From Paracoccaceae bacterium (GTDB lineage: Bacteria > Pseudomonadota > Alphaproteobacteria > Rhodobacterales > Rhodobacteraceae), in assembly GCA_030625695.1 (NCBI GenBank), contig DAOUQK010000001.1, forward strand, positions 1-48,240: a stretch of DNA of 48,240 nucleotides. Direction: 5' to 3'. The translations under genes were made by a program, and so were the position numbers. The notes below the pieces were generated by a model. That model worked only from the letters and a program-made list of their open reading frames with translations, did no database searches and was not told the origin of the DNA. This document shows, in pieces, positions 9,445 to 17,572 of the stretch (its first letter is position 1; every line of letters starts with the position of its first letter).

Positions 9445-10461
9445 CTATTTCGGATCGGATTTACCATCATAACGACCGGCCCATTCGGCCAGAATCGCCG
9501 CCCGGTTGTTGGCGGCATATTCAAAGTCGTTCTTGATCATTGCGTCCAGCAGCCCTGCGGGGAAATGCTCGACCGGTTTGGCCACGCCGGGATAGGCAAC
9601 CACGGCATAGCCGCCATTGTACATCTCGTTGGCCTTTTTGGTGATGGTCCAGTCGATCAGGGTCTGGGCATCAGCCATATTCGCGGTGCCCGCAACAATT
9701 GCCGATGCTTCCATTTCCCAACCAACACCTTCTGATGGCACGATAATTTCAATTGGCGCACCGGCGGCCTTGGATTTGGCCCCCCGGAAGGCGAAGGAAA
9801 TACCGATAGTGGTCTCACCCGATGCGGCCAGTTTGCAAGGGGCCGAGCCGGAGTGGGTATAACGCGCGATATTGTCGTGCAGCGCGTCCATGTATTCCCA
9901 GCCGCCGTCTTCGCCGAATATCTGCAACCAGCTGGACACGTCCAGAAACCCGGTGCCGGACGAATTCGGGTTCGGCATGATCACATGGCCTGCATAGACC
10001 GGATCAGTCAGGTCTTTCCAACTGGTAGGCGCCGGAACGCCGTTCTTTTCGCCCTCAACCGTGTTATAGCAAACGGCCGCGACCCAGGCGTCGATGCCGG
10101 TCCAATAAGGTGGGTTCGAGGTATCGACAAATTTCGGGTCCAGCTTGTCAACGCCAGCGGGCGCATAGGCCTCAAGCATGCCTTCGCCCTTGAACAGCAA
10201 AAGCGACGTACCCGCCAGGCCCCAGATCACGTCAGCCTGAGGGTTATCCTTTTCCGCCAATAGTTTGGCGGTGACGATCCCGGTGCTATCGCGTACCCAG
10301 TTGATGGTGATATCCGGGTGATCCGCGTTAAAGGCGGCGGCGTATTTCTTAAGGTCCTCGGCCTCGATGGCGGTGTAGACCGTCAGATCGCCAGCCAACG
10401 CGTTGCTGGCAAGGCCAAGGCTCATGGCGCAGGCCATAGTCAGTTTGGTAAACGTTCTCAT
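9445..10461 (-). CDS. ABC transporter periplasmic substrate-binding protein (Fe3+/2-aminoethylphosphonate-type family)
   Basis: ORF 9445..10485. The preferred start is ATG 10461, with a GGGAGAG Shine-Dalgarno sequence upstream. MRTFTKLTMACAMSLGLASNALA is a signal peptide. The mature part begins GDLTVYTAIEAEDLKKYAAAFNADHPDITINWVRDSTG. It is the first gene of an SBP-ATPase-permease operon. Confidence 0.8.
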   Translation of the reverse strand: MRTFTKLTMACAMSLGLASNALAGDLTVYTAIEAEDLKKYAAAFNADHPDITINWVRDSTGIVTAKLLAEKDNPQADVIWGLAGTSLLLFKGEGMLEAYAPAGVDKLDPKFVDTSNPPYWTGIDAWVAAVCYNTVEGEKNGVPAPTSWKDLTDPVYAGHVIMPNPNSSGTGFLDVSSWLQIFGEDGGWEYMDALHDNIARYTHSGSAPCKLAASGETTIGISFAFRGAKSKAAGAPIEIIVPSEGVGWEMEASAIVAGTANMADAQTLIDWTITKKANEMYNGGYAVVAYPGVAKPVEHFPAGLLDAMIKNDFEYAANNRAAILAEWAGRYDGKSDPK

Positions 10462-10535
10462 GTTTTGCTCTCCCTGTTTCATCATGCGTTTTATCGTCTG
10501 ATTTGAGATGAAAAAGCAAATGATTTGATAAGGGA

Positions 10536-11240
10536 TCAGTGACCGAAATAGGCCTCGGTCAGTTTCGGGTCATCCCGCAGGCTCTCTACTGTCCCTTCGA
10601 TCTGGACTGCCCCCGCTTCCAGCACATAAAGCCGTTCGGCCAAAGTCATGGCGAAATTGGCGTTCTGTTCGGTGATCACAATTGTGGTGCCAAATTCATC
10701 TCGCAAACGACGCAGAACTTCGGCGATCTCAAGACAGACCTTGGGGGCCAGGCCGATGGTGGGTTCATCCACCAAAAGCAACTTTGGACTGGTCATCAGG
10801 GCGCGCCCCAGCGACACCATTTGTCGTTCACCGCCTGATTGGGTCATCGTTTCCTGATTTTCACGTTCTTCCAGACGCGGGAACAACTTGTGCACCATAT
10901 CCAGATTACGTTCGATATCATCGCGCGCGGTATATGCCCCGACCATCAGATTGTCGCGTACCGTCATATACGGGAACAGGTTAAACCGCTCGGTGGCATA
11001 GCCGACTCCAAGCCGGACAATTGCCGGGCTTCCAAGTCCGGTCAGAACGTTATCGCCGAGCTTGATCACCCCGGTGGTTTTGGTCAGCCCCATAATACTG
11101 TCCAAAAGGGTGGATTTTCCCGCGCCATTGGCGCCGACAATGGCGATGATTTCGCCCTGAGCCACCGAGATATTCACCTTGTGCAACGCCTGAGCCTTGC
11201 CATAAAACGCCGACAGGTTTTCGACCGTCAAAAAACCCAT
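10536..11240 (-). CDS. Branched-chain-amino-acid-type (HAAT family) ABC transporter ATP-binding protein, LivF-like
   Basis: 234 aa. Walker A GANGAGKSTLL, signature SGGERQM, Walker B LLLVDEP. A TAATG stop/start overlap joins it to the upstream ATPase gene. Confidence 0.9.
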   Translation of the reverse strand: MGFLTVENLSAFYGKAQALHKVNISVAQGEIIAIVGANGAGKSTLLDSIMGLTKTTGVIKLGDNVLTGLGSPAIVRLGVGYATERFNLFPYMTVRDNLMVGAYTARDDIERNLDMVHKLFPRLEERENQETMTQSGGERQMVSLGRALMTSPKLLLVDEPTIGLAPKVCLEIAEVLRRLRDEFGTTIVITEQNANFAMTLAERLYVLEAGAVQIEGTVESLRDDPKLTEAYFGH

Positions 11241-11971
11241 TACGCGACCCCCAGATACGACGACCGCACGTTCGGGTCACTGATCACGTCGGCATAAGCG
11301 CCTTCAGCGATCTTGCTGCCATAGTTGATGGCGATGGCCCTATCAATCAGCGGCTCCAGCGCCCCAAGGTCATGGGAGACGATCAGAAACGTCATTCCGT
11401 CCCGGCGCATTTGCTGGATCAATTCGCCAATCTGGGATATCTCGCCTTTGGTCAACCCGGCAAACACCTCGTCCAGCAACATCACCGAAGGGCCGGTGGC
11501 CATGGTCCTTGCCATCTCCAACTTGCGCAGGTCGCCCATCGAAAGCTCATCCGGGCGGCGGTTCAGATCGTTTTCGGAGAACCCGACGCTCAGCGCCAGT
11601 TCAATTTCGCGATCGCGGTCCGGCCCTTGGGTTATCATTTTCCAGATGCTGTCAGGCATCAGCCCGACTCGGATGTTTTCCACCACACTCATGTCGCCAA
11701 ACGGGCGCGGCACCTGATAGGTCCGGCTAACCCCGCGCCTGATCCGTGCGGGTGTGCTCAGATCACCAATATCCTCGCCATAAAGGCGGATAGTGCCGGA
11801 ATTCTGGCGCAACTCGCCCATGATCTGCGAAAAAATTGTAGTTTTCCCGGCGCCATTGGGGCCGATCAGTCCAACCGACTGGCCCTGTTCGATATGAAAC
11901 GAAACGTCATCCGTCGCCGTCAGTCCGCCAAAGCGTTTGACCAAATTGGTGATTTCCAAAGGATGGCTCAT
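11240..11971 (-). CDS. HAAT-family ABC transporter ATP-binding protein, LivG-like
   Basis: ORF 11240..12001. The preferred start is ATG 11971, which forms an ATGA overlap with the permease stop. MSHPLEITNLVKRFGG, Walker A GPNGAGKTT, Walker B MLLDEVFAGL. Confidence 0.9.
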   Translation of the reverse strand: MSHPLEITNLVKRFGGLTATDDVSFHIEQGQSVGLIGPNGAGKTTIFSQIMGELRQNSGTIRLYGEDIGDLSTPARIRRGVSRTYQVPRPFGDMSVVENIRVGLMPDSIWKMITQGPDRDREIELALSVGFSENDLNRRPDELSMGDLRKLEMARTMATGPSVMLLDEVFAGLTKGEISQIGELIQQMRRDGMTFLIVSHDLGALEPLIDRAIAINYGSKIAEGAYADVISDPNVRSSYLGVA

Positions 11972-12915
11972 GCGCTTTTCCCCGGTTTGAATCGTTCCCA
12001 TGCCTGCATGACGATGTGGTAGATGCCCTTGGGCTGATACATGTAGAGTAACAAAGCAATGCCGCCATAGATGAAATACCGCTCGGCCCCGGGCAGATAC
12101 GGGCGCAGGTATTCCAATAGATACGTCAGGAAAAATGCGCCCACCATGGGGCCGATGATTGTGGACGATCCGCCAATCAATGCCGCCACAATGATGGTAA
12201 AGACAAAGTTGATATCAAACAGCGCGCGCGGCGCGATGGACCCGAGATAATGCACATAAAACGCGCCCCCCAGCCCGGCGACAAAGGCACCAGTAAGGAA
12301 GGCAAACAGCTTGAGGCGCGTGGTGCTGAGGCCTGAGCCCAACACTGAATCCTCGCTCATGCCAATAGCACTTAGGGCCGTGCCGACCCGTGTGCGCATC
12401 AACAACCACATGGATATTGCCACTGCCAACATCAGTGACAGGGACATGTAATAGCCGTTCACAGCGCCGCGTGTCAGCGTCTGGATGCCCGACATGCCAC
12501 GGGTGCCACCGGTCAGGTCGGGGCGGATCACCTGCACCAGCTGATAGATAAGTTCCATGAACGCCAGTGTCACCAGCGCGAAATAGCTGCCCCTGATACG
12601 CAAGGCTGGCAGGATGAACAACGTGCTGGCGATCATGGTCACGACGACGGCAATGGGGATCGAGATTTCAATCGCCACATCAAACCGCTTGGTCAGGATC
12701 GCCGTGGTATACGCACCGATGCCAATCAGGAACGGGTGACCAAAGCTGATATAGCCTGTACGCCCCGACAGAACATCCCACGAGATTGCAAAGACCGCCA
12801 GAAAGTTGGCGAATATAAACGTGCGCAGCGTGCCTTTACTGACCAGTTCGGGCATGGCGTACATCAACGCGATAAACCCGGCCCACATTGCGAAATGATA
12901 CCAACGCAGACCCAT
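11968..12915 (-). CDS. HAAT-family ABC transporter permease, LivM-like
   Basis: Polytopic membrane protein. The preferred start is ATG 12915, 1 nt after the upstream permease stop. The alternative is TTG 12936. Confidence 0.85.
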   Translation of the reverse strand: MGLRWYHFAMWAGFIALMYAMPELVSKGTLRTFIFANFLAVFAISWDVLSGRTGYISFGHPFLIGIGAYTTAILTKRFDVAIEISIPIAVVVTMIASTLFILPALRIRGSYFALVTLAFMELIYQLVQVIRPDLTGGTRGMSGIQTLTRGAVNGYYMSLSLMLAVAISMWLLMRTRVGTALSAIGMSEDSVLGSGLSTTRLKLFAFLTGAFVAGLGGAFYVHYLGSIAPRALFDINFVFTIIVAALIGGSSTIIGPMVGAFFLTYLLEYLRPYLPGAERYFIYGGIALLLYMYQPKGIYHIVMQAWERFKPGKSA

Positions 12916-12916
12916 G

Positions 12917-13768
12917 TCAAAGCTCCTCCCGGCCAAAAAGCCCTTGCGGACGGATCACCAGAACGCCGATGATCAGCACCATGGTAAACACCCCGCGCAG
13001 TTCTGGTGCGATCATGGCCGTGACGATAATCTCCATGAAACCAATGATATGCGCGACAATCAGCGTGCCTATAATGGACCCGATACCACCAACAATCACA
13101 ATCGCCACCGAGATGATCAGAGGCGCCACCCACATGCTGGGGGTCAACTGAGTGTAACTGGCGAAAAACACCCCGGCCAAAGCACCCAAAGCACCGGATA
13201 TGCCCCAGGTAATCATGTTGATCCGGTCCGAATCAATGCCCGAAATCGCCGCGCCTTTGGCGTCCATCGACACCGCTTGCATGGCCCGCCCGGTGTGGGT
13301 TTTGTTGACGAAGAAATACAGGCTGATCAGGATCGCCCAACTGACAATCGCCGCCAGTAGGTTGGAATATGGAATGGTCGCACCGGCCAATCTTTCGACC
13401 CCGGGAATAATCGGTAGCAGGATTTTGGAACTGTCACCAAACGCCAGAATGACCCCGGATTGCAGCACAATCGCCAGGATCAAAGTGGAAATCTCAATCG
13501 CCACATGGTCGCCCTTGAGCGGTTTGACGATCATCCGATACTTGGCCAAGCCCATAGCTGCGCCAACAATCACCGCCAGCAACACGCCAACCAGTTTGGG
13601 CATGCCCATCATCTGTGCGAAATAGAAATACACATAGCCGCCAATCAGCAGATACGCGCCATAAGCCAGGTTCAGAACGCGACCGATACTGAAGATCAGC
13701 GTGAACCCCATGGCAATCAGCGCATAAAGCCCGCTGAGCAAAAGCCCCTGAATAATAATCTGCGTCAT
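12917..13768 (-). CDS. HAAT-family ABC transporter permease, LivH-like
   Basis: 283 aa. MTQIIIQGLLLSGLYALIAMGFTLIFS is the typical LivH-family N-terminus. Confidence 0.9.
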   Translation of the reverse strand: MTQIIIQGLLLSGLYALIAMGFTLIFSIGRVLNLAYGAYLLIGGYVYFYFAQMMGMPKLVGVLLAVIVGAAMGLAKYRMIVKPLKGDHVAIEISTLILAIVLQSGVILAFGDSSKILLPIIPGVERLAGATIPYSNLLAAIVSWAILISLYFFVNKTHTGRAMQAVSMDAKGAAISGIDSDRINMITWGISGALGALAGVFFASYTQLTPSMWVAPLIISVAIVIVGGIGSIIGTLIVAHIIGFMEIIVTAMIAPELRGVFTMVLIIGVLVIRPQGLFGREEL

Positions 13769-13854
13769 CCGCGCCTGCCTGCCCTTGCCGTGTATCCGGC
13801 TTCAGGCCTGTCTGGCCTGAAAAACCGCGGAAATTATCTGGAATTACCTGCAAT

Positions 13855-13909
13855 CGGTCGGGCACCTGGAATGCCCGACCGGCTGGCGGCGCGACCAAGT
13901 CGCGCCGCC
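13855..13909 (-). other. Two consecutive GC-rich intercistronic hairpins between the SBP and permease genes
   Basis: CGGTCGGGCA-cctggaa-TGCCCGACCG (13855-13881) and GGCGGCGCGAC-caa-GTCGCGCCGCC (13885-13909). No T-tract follows. They lie directly downstream of the SBP stop on the transcribed strand. Confidence 0.6.
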
Positions 13910-13918
13910 TGGGTTGGT

Positions 13919-15202
13919 TTACTTCTTGACCCAGCTGGGCAGAACAAACTCACCTGTTTTGAACTTGTCAGGATAGACAACGGCGTTTGTGCCGTCTTCA
14001 TACCACTGGATCACCACCATCGAAGGCGCGCCTTCGTCATAAGGCTCGGTGATGTCAAAACGGATGTTGTGCGGATAGGCCCGGCCGGTGCGCGGCTCAA
14101 TCTCGTCATTGCCCCACCAGCCCCAACGCAGCCACATTTCGCCGTCTTTCTTAAAGATATCGTCCTGCTTTTCCATCGCAGGAACCCAGGCATCAAGTTC
14201 AAACCCGCCAGCCTCTTCGGCAGCGGCCATTGCCTGCTTCAACCCGTGATAGGCGTTATAGCCGTTGAAATGCGGGATCGAGGGCCGTGTATCGTAACGT
14301 GCCTGATATTGCGCAAGGAACTCGGCATTGACCGGGTCCAGCGCAAAGCCAAGCGACGGCACCGGCGACAAGGTCGAGATGCCACCACCGGCACCACCTG
14401 TGTCTTCCCAGAACTCATGACCAAGGGCCGCGACATTGACGCCGGTCATGCCCATCGGCACTTGCAGTTTCACATATTGGCTGGAAACCACCTGAGAGTT
14501 GACGGATGAGACGAGATAGATGAAATCCGCGCCCGAGGCTTCGGCTTTGGCGAATATCGGCGCGAAATCATTGGTGGTGATGTCAAACGAAATGATTTCT
14601 GTCACGTCTATGCCGGCATTGGGTGCCAGTGCTTCGGTCACAAGGCCGGTGATCGCGCCGCCAAAGGCAGTGTCTTCGGCCAAAATGACCACCGAGTCCC
14701 AGCCCATCTTTTCCTTAAGAACGTCTTTGCCAAAGTCGATGTAAAGCGTGGCAAGGGCCTCGTCCGAGGCAATGTTCATGAAATAGGGCCGCATCGAATC
14801 ATAATCATCGACAATCATGTCGATGATGCCCACATACGACGTCCATGTATCCAAAGTCGGGATCTGGAATTCCTGCATTCTCGGCAGCCAACCCAAGCTT
14901 ACATCGTCAATCGAGCCGGAAATGATAAAGTCGACCTCTTCGGTCTCGGCCAGAAATTCATAAGCTTTGACGCCTTCGGTCACGTCCTCGCCGGTGTCGG
15001 CCTTGACCAATACAATCTGTTGACCAAGAACGCCGCCTTTGGCGTTCAACTCGTCAATCGCCATCTCGGCACCGCGCAAGGTGCTAAGGCCGGTGTCGGA
15101 TGAAAGCGAGCCGATAAAGCCCACCTTGATCTCGGCTGATGCGGCTGTGGCCATCAGGGCCATGGCCCCCAAAAGCGCAGCACTATTTCTTAGAATTGTC
15201 AT
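13919..15202 (-). CDS. Liv-type (Peripla_BP_6-like) ABC transporter substrate-binding protein, ligand unknown
   Basis: ORF 13919..15289. The preferred start is ATG 15202, with a GGGGGAAATA Shine-Dalgarno sequence upstream. MTILRNSAALLGAMALMATAASA is a signal peptide. The mature part begins EIKVGFIGSLSSDTG. At 427 aa it is longer than a typical LivJ. Confidence 0.85.
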   Translation of the reverse strand: MTILRNSAALLGAMALMATAASAEIKVGFIGSLSSDTGLSTLRGAEMAIDELNAKGGVLGQQIVLVKADTGEDVTEGVKAYEFLAETEEVDFIISGSIDDVSLGWLPRMQEFQIPTLDTWTSYVGIIDMIVDDYDSMRPYFMNIASDEALATLYIDFGKDVLKEKMGWDSVVILAEDTAFGGAITGLVTEALAPNAGIDVTEIISFDITTNDFAPIFAKAEASGADFIYLVSSVNSQVVSSQYVKLQVPMGMTGVNVAALGHEFWEDTGGAGGGISTLSPVPSLGFALDPVNAEFLAQYQARYDTRPSIPHFNGYNAYHGLKQAMAAAEEAGGFELDAWVPAMEKQDDIFKKDGEMWLRWGWWGNDEIEPRTGRAYPHNIRFDITEPYDEGAPSMVVIQWYEDGTNAVVYPDKFKTGEFVLPSWVKK

Positions 15203-15243
15203 TATTTCCCCCTGTTTTGTTGGTTCGATATCTTTTTCGTATC

Positions 15244-15277
15244 CTGTATACAGTACACGAAGGCGGTATTCTGTCAA
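15244..15277 (-). promoter_or_regulatory. Operator/promoter A upstream of the Liv-type transporter genes
   Basis: Palindrome CTGTATACAG (15244-15253); TGTATACAGTA is identical to sites B and C. On the minus strand a -35-like TTGACA (15272-15277) lies 16 nt upstream of TACTGT, which overlaps the palindrome. Confidence 0.55.
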
Positions 15278-15344
15278 CAAGCCTAGCACCTTGGGCCTTC
15301 GAATGCTTGGGAAATCCCATTTGCCGGCTGTGCGGCTTTAGTGG

Positions 15345-15758
15345 TCAGTCAAATTCAATCACGCCTTGTGGGTCGTGAATAATTGCATCGACAGATATTT
15401 CCACCATCATTCCGGGGGTTGTCAGCCCAGCCTCGACCGCCGTTGTGACTGGTAAAATGCCGTCGAACACTTCGCCATGGGCTTTGACAAATCCAGCCGC
15501 TGCGGCCTGCATATCCGAAAGAAACACGGTCGTTCGCACCACATGGCGCATGTCCGCGCCCACCTCTTTCAACGCGTCATCAATCCGCTTTAACGCGAAT
15601 ATTGTCTGCGCATACGCATCATTTGGCGCATGCAGCTTACCGCTTGGTTCTATCGCCGTGGTGCCGGCCACAAACACAAACGGGCCAACCCGCTTGGCCC
15701 GCGCATACGATCCGATTTCTTCAAACCGCCCGCCGGACTGGACAATCCGCAGGGTCAT
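15345..15758 (-). CDS. RidA/YjgF-family (reactive enamine/imine deaminase-like) protein; last gene of the BMC operon
   Basis: 137 aa. Its length and motifs (VFVAGTTAI, VVRTTVFL, VEISVDAI) fit the YjgF/RidA fold. An ATGA overlap joins it to the upstream MDH-like gene. Confidence 0.8.
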   Translation of the reverse strand: MTLRIVQSGGRFEEIGSYARAKRVGPFVFVAGTTAIEPSGKLHAPNDAYAQTIFALKRIDDALKEVGADMRHVVRTTVFLSDMQAAAAGFVKAHGEVFDGILPVTTAVEAGLTTPGMMVEISVDAIIHDPQGVIEFD

Positions 15759-16942
15759 TTCAGGCCCAAACGGACACGAATCGCATCGGCGGCAGCATGC
15801 AGGGCGGCGTGTTCGGTATCGGTAAGGGTCAGTTGTTCCACCTTCACCAGCCCGCTTTGACCCAGATGGGCGGGGACGCCCAGAACCACGCCGTTGACGC
15901 CAAATTCTCCTTCCAACATGACCGATACAGGCACCGGGCCGGTCCGCGCCCCGCGAATATGATCCAGCAATTCGACCGAAGAATGCGCCGGTGCAATCGT
16001 CGCCGACCCGGTCTTGCGCAAGGCAACAACCTGTCCGCCACCAGTGATCGCGTCCTTCACGCAGGCGTCAATCTGCTCTTGCGTAAGGTATATATCCAAC
16101 GGTCGCCCCTTGATGCGCGCATGCGACGGGATTGGCGCCATTTCATCGCCGTGGCTGCCCAGAGTAAACGCAGATACATCGCCCGGATTAACCCCGGCGG
16201 CCTGCGCCAAAGCATTACGGAACCGCGAGGAATCCAGCGTCCCGGCCATGCCCAAAACCCGTTCGCGGGGAAACCCCGTGGCGCGCAGCATTTCGACCGT
16301 CATTTCGTCCAGGGGGTTGGTCACCACAATCACAATCGCCCCGGGGGCCTGCGATTTGATCGCTTCGGCGGTGGAATGGATCACCCGCTTGTTGGTCTCG
16401 ATCAGGTCGGCCCGGGTCATCCCCGGACCGCGGGCGCGCCCCGCTGTCACCACAATGACCTCGGCTCCCGACACCATGTTCAGTGATGTGCCGCCAGTGA
16501 CCCGCGCACGGGTTCGGGTGATGCCGCTGGCGTGGTTGAGGTCCAGCGCGGTCGCTTCGGCGACGCCGGGTGCGATATCAATCAGGGCTATTTCATCGGC
16601 GATATCGGTATTGGCGGCAAGGTGGGCAATGTTGCTGCCAACGCCGCCCGCGCCAACCAGCGCGATTTTACTGAACCGTCTGGCACTTGGGGCTGGTTGT
16701 TTGCCGGGTGCCACCCATTTTGGCGATCGGCGGTAAAGGGCGCGGCGCATTGAGGTGGCACCATCGCTGCGCGCGGGCGTCGGCATTTCCAACGGCCCGT
16801 CCAGCAGTTTGATGCCATTACGTGCCGCCGTCTCAACCGCCAATGCGGTGACGATATCACCGGGTAAGACTTCGAACACCAGACGTCCACGCTGGCGCGC
16901 GTCCTCGATCAATTCCGAGCCTATGACACGCGGTTTGGCCAC
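15755..16942 (-). CDS. LDH-type malate/lactate dehydrogenase paralogue with a roughly 90-aa N-terminal extension
   Basis: Residues from about 92 show KIALVGAGGVGSNIAHL (Rossmann fold), DIAPGVAEATALDLNH and VVTAGRARGPGMTRADL, with Arg at the specificity position as in MDHs. They also show VTNPLDEMT, GMAGTLDSSRFR and LGSHGDEM (catalytic His). Residues 1-91 have no MDH/LDH counterpart. Confidence 0.8.
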   Translation of the reverse strand: MAKPRVIGSELIEDARQRGRLVFEVLPGDIVTALAVETAARNGIKLLDGPLEMPTPARSDGATSMRRALYRRSPKWVAPGKQPAPSARRFSKIALVGAGGVGSNIAHLAANTDIADEIALIDIAPGVAEATALDLNHASGITRTRARVTGGTSLNMVSGAEVIVVTAGRARGPGMTRADLIETNKRVIHSTAEAIKSQAPGAIVIVVTNPLDEMTVEMLRATGFPRERVLGMAGTLDSSRFRNALAQAAGVNPGDVSAFTLGSHGDEMAPIPSHARIKGRPLDIYLTQEQIDACVKDAITGGGQVVALRKTGSATIAPAHSSVELLDHIRGARTGPVPVSVMLEGEFGVNGVVLGVPAHLGQSGLVKVEQLTLTDTEHAALHAAADAIRVRLGLK

Positions 16943-17569
16943 TTAGGCGGCCTTTCCGTCGACCGCTTCAATCGCCGCCACCGCGGCGTCCATCCCGGCC
17001 TTGACTGAATCTTCTGAGCCGGAAATGAACAGGCGGCCATAGCGCCCCACCGCGCGGACCTCGACGATATCGATTTCCGAGGCCTTTTCGGCCTCATTCG
17101 CGGCGATAGAGATATAGGCCGCCGGGGCGCATTCGATGATACCAAGCGTCTGGCCCGGGACCAACAACGCACCCTTGCGCCATTTGTTAAGCAATTGCGC
17201 CTGATAGGGTTCGACCGAAGTGATGATCTGGGTGGTGCCGATATGCGGCTTGATCCGGTCGGCCATGGTAGCACCAAGTTCGTCCAGTATGGCATCCCTT
17301 GCGGCAGACACTTCGGCGTTTGACCGCGAACGAAGGATGAAGAACCCGAATTCCCGTTCCACTAATTGCGTCGTTGCCTCAACCGAACTGGCCTTTAGCG
17401 CCCGGTCAATCAGGGTGAACACACCGTTGCCGGGGGCAAATTCGCCGATCAGCACCGTGTCGCCCGAGAGCGGAACCGAGCCTTGCACGGTCGCGCCGTT
17501 ATAGGCGGCGAACTTGGGCTGCAGATTGTCGATCTGCATCAGGGCACGGATGATTATGTCGCTGCTCAT
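16943..17569 (-). CDS. BMC-T shell protein (tandem, EutL/PduB-like permuted BMC domains)
   Basis: 208 aa, consisting of two BMC-fold halves. The second half, TQIITSVEPYQAQLL...GIIECAPAAYISIAANEAEKASEIDIVEVRAVGRYGRLFISGSEDSVKAGMDAAVAAIE, parallels the EutL pattern (...[23 protein letters not shown]...FLTGSQAA...). Its stop abuts the next start. Confidence 0.8.
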   Translation of the reverse strand: MSSDIIIRALMQIDNLQPKFAAYNGATVQGSVPLSGDTVLIGEFAPGNGVFTLIDRALKASSVEATTQLVEREFGFFILRSRSNAEVSAARDAILDELGATMADRIKPHIGTTQIITSVEPYQAQLLNKWRKGALLVPGQTLGIIECAPAAYISIAANEAEKASEIDIVEVRAVGRYGRLFISGSEDSVKAGMDAAVAAIEAVDGKAA

Positions 17570-17572
17570 GGG

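Noticed and set aside
13460-14509. A 349-aa ORF on the plus strand spanning the LivH-like and SBP genes.
   Set aside because: It is antisense to two well-supported genes. Its product is Arg/His/Pro/Gln-rich and of low complexity, with no recognisable motif. Long spurious antisense frames of this kind are typical of GC-rich DNA.
15602-16486. A 294-aa plus-strand ORF overlapping the RidA and MDH-like genes.
   Set aside because: It is antisense to motif-rich genes and has a skewed composition rich in Arg, His, Gly and Pro. It has no Shine-Dalgarno sequence and no domain signature.
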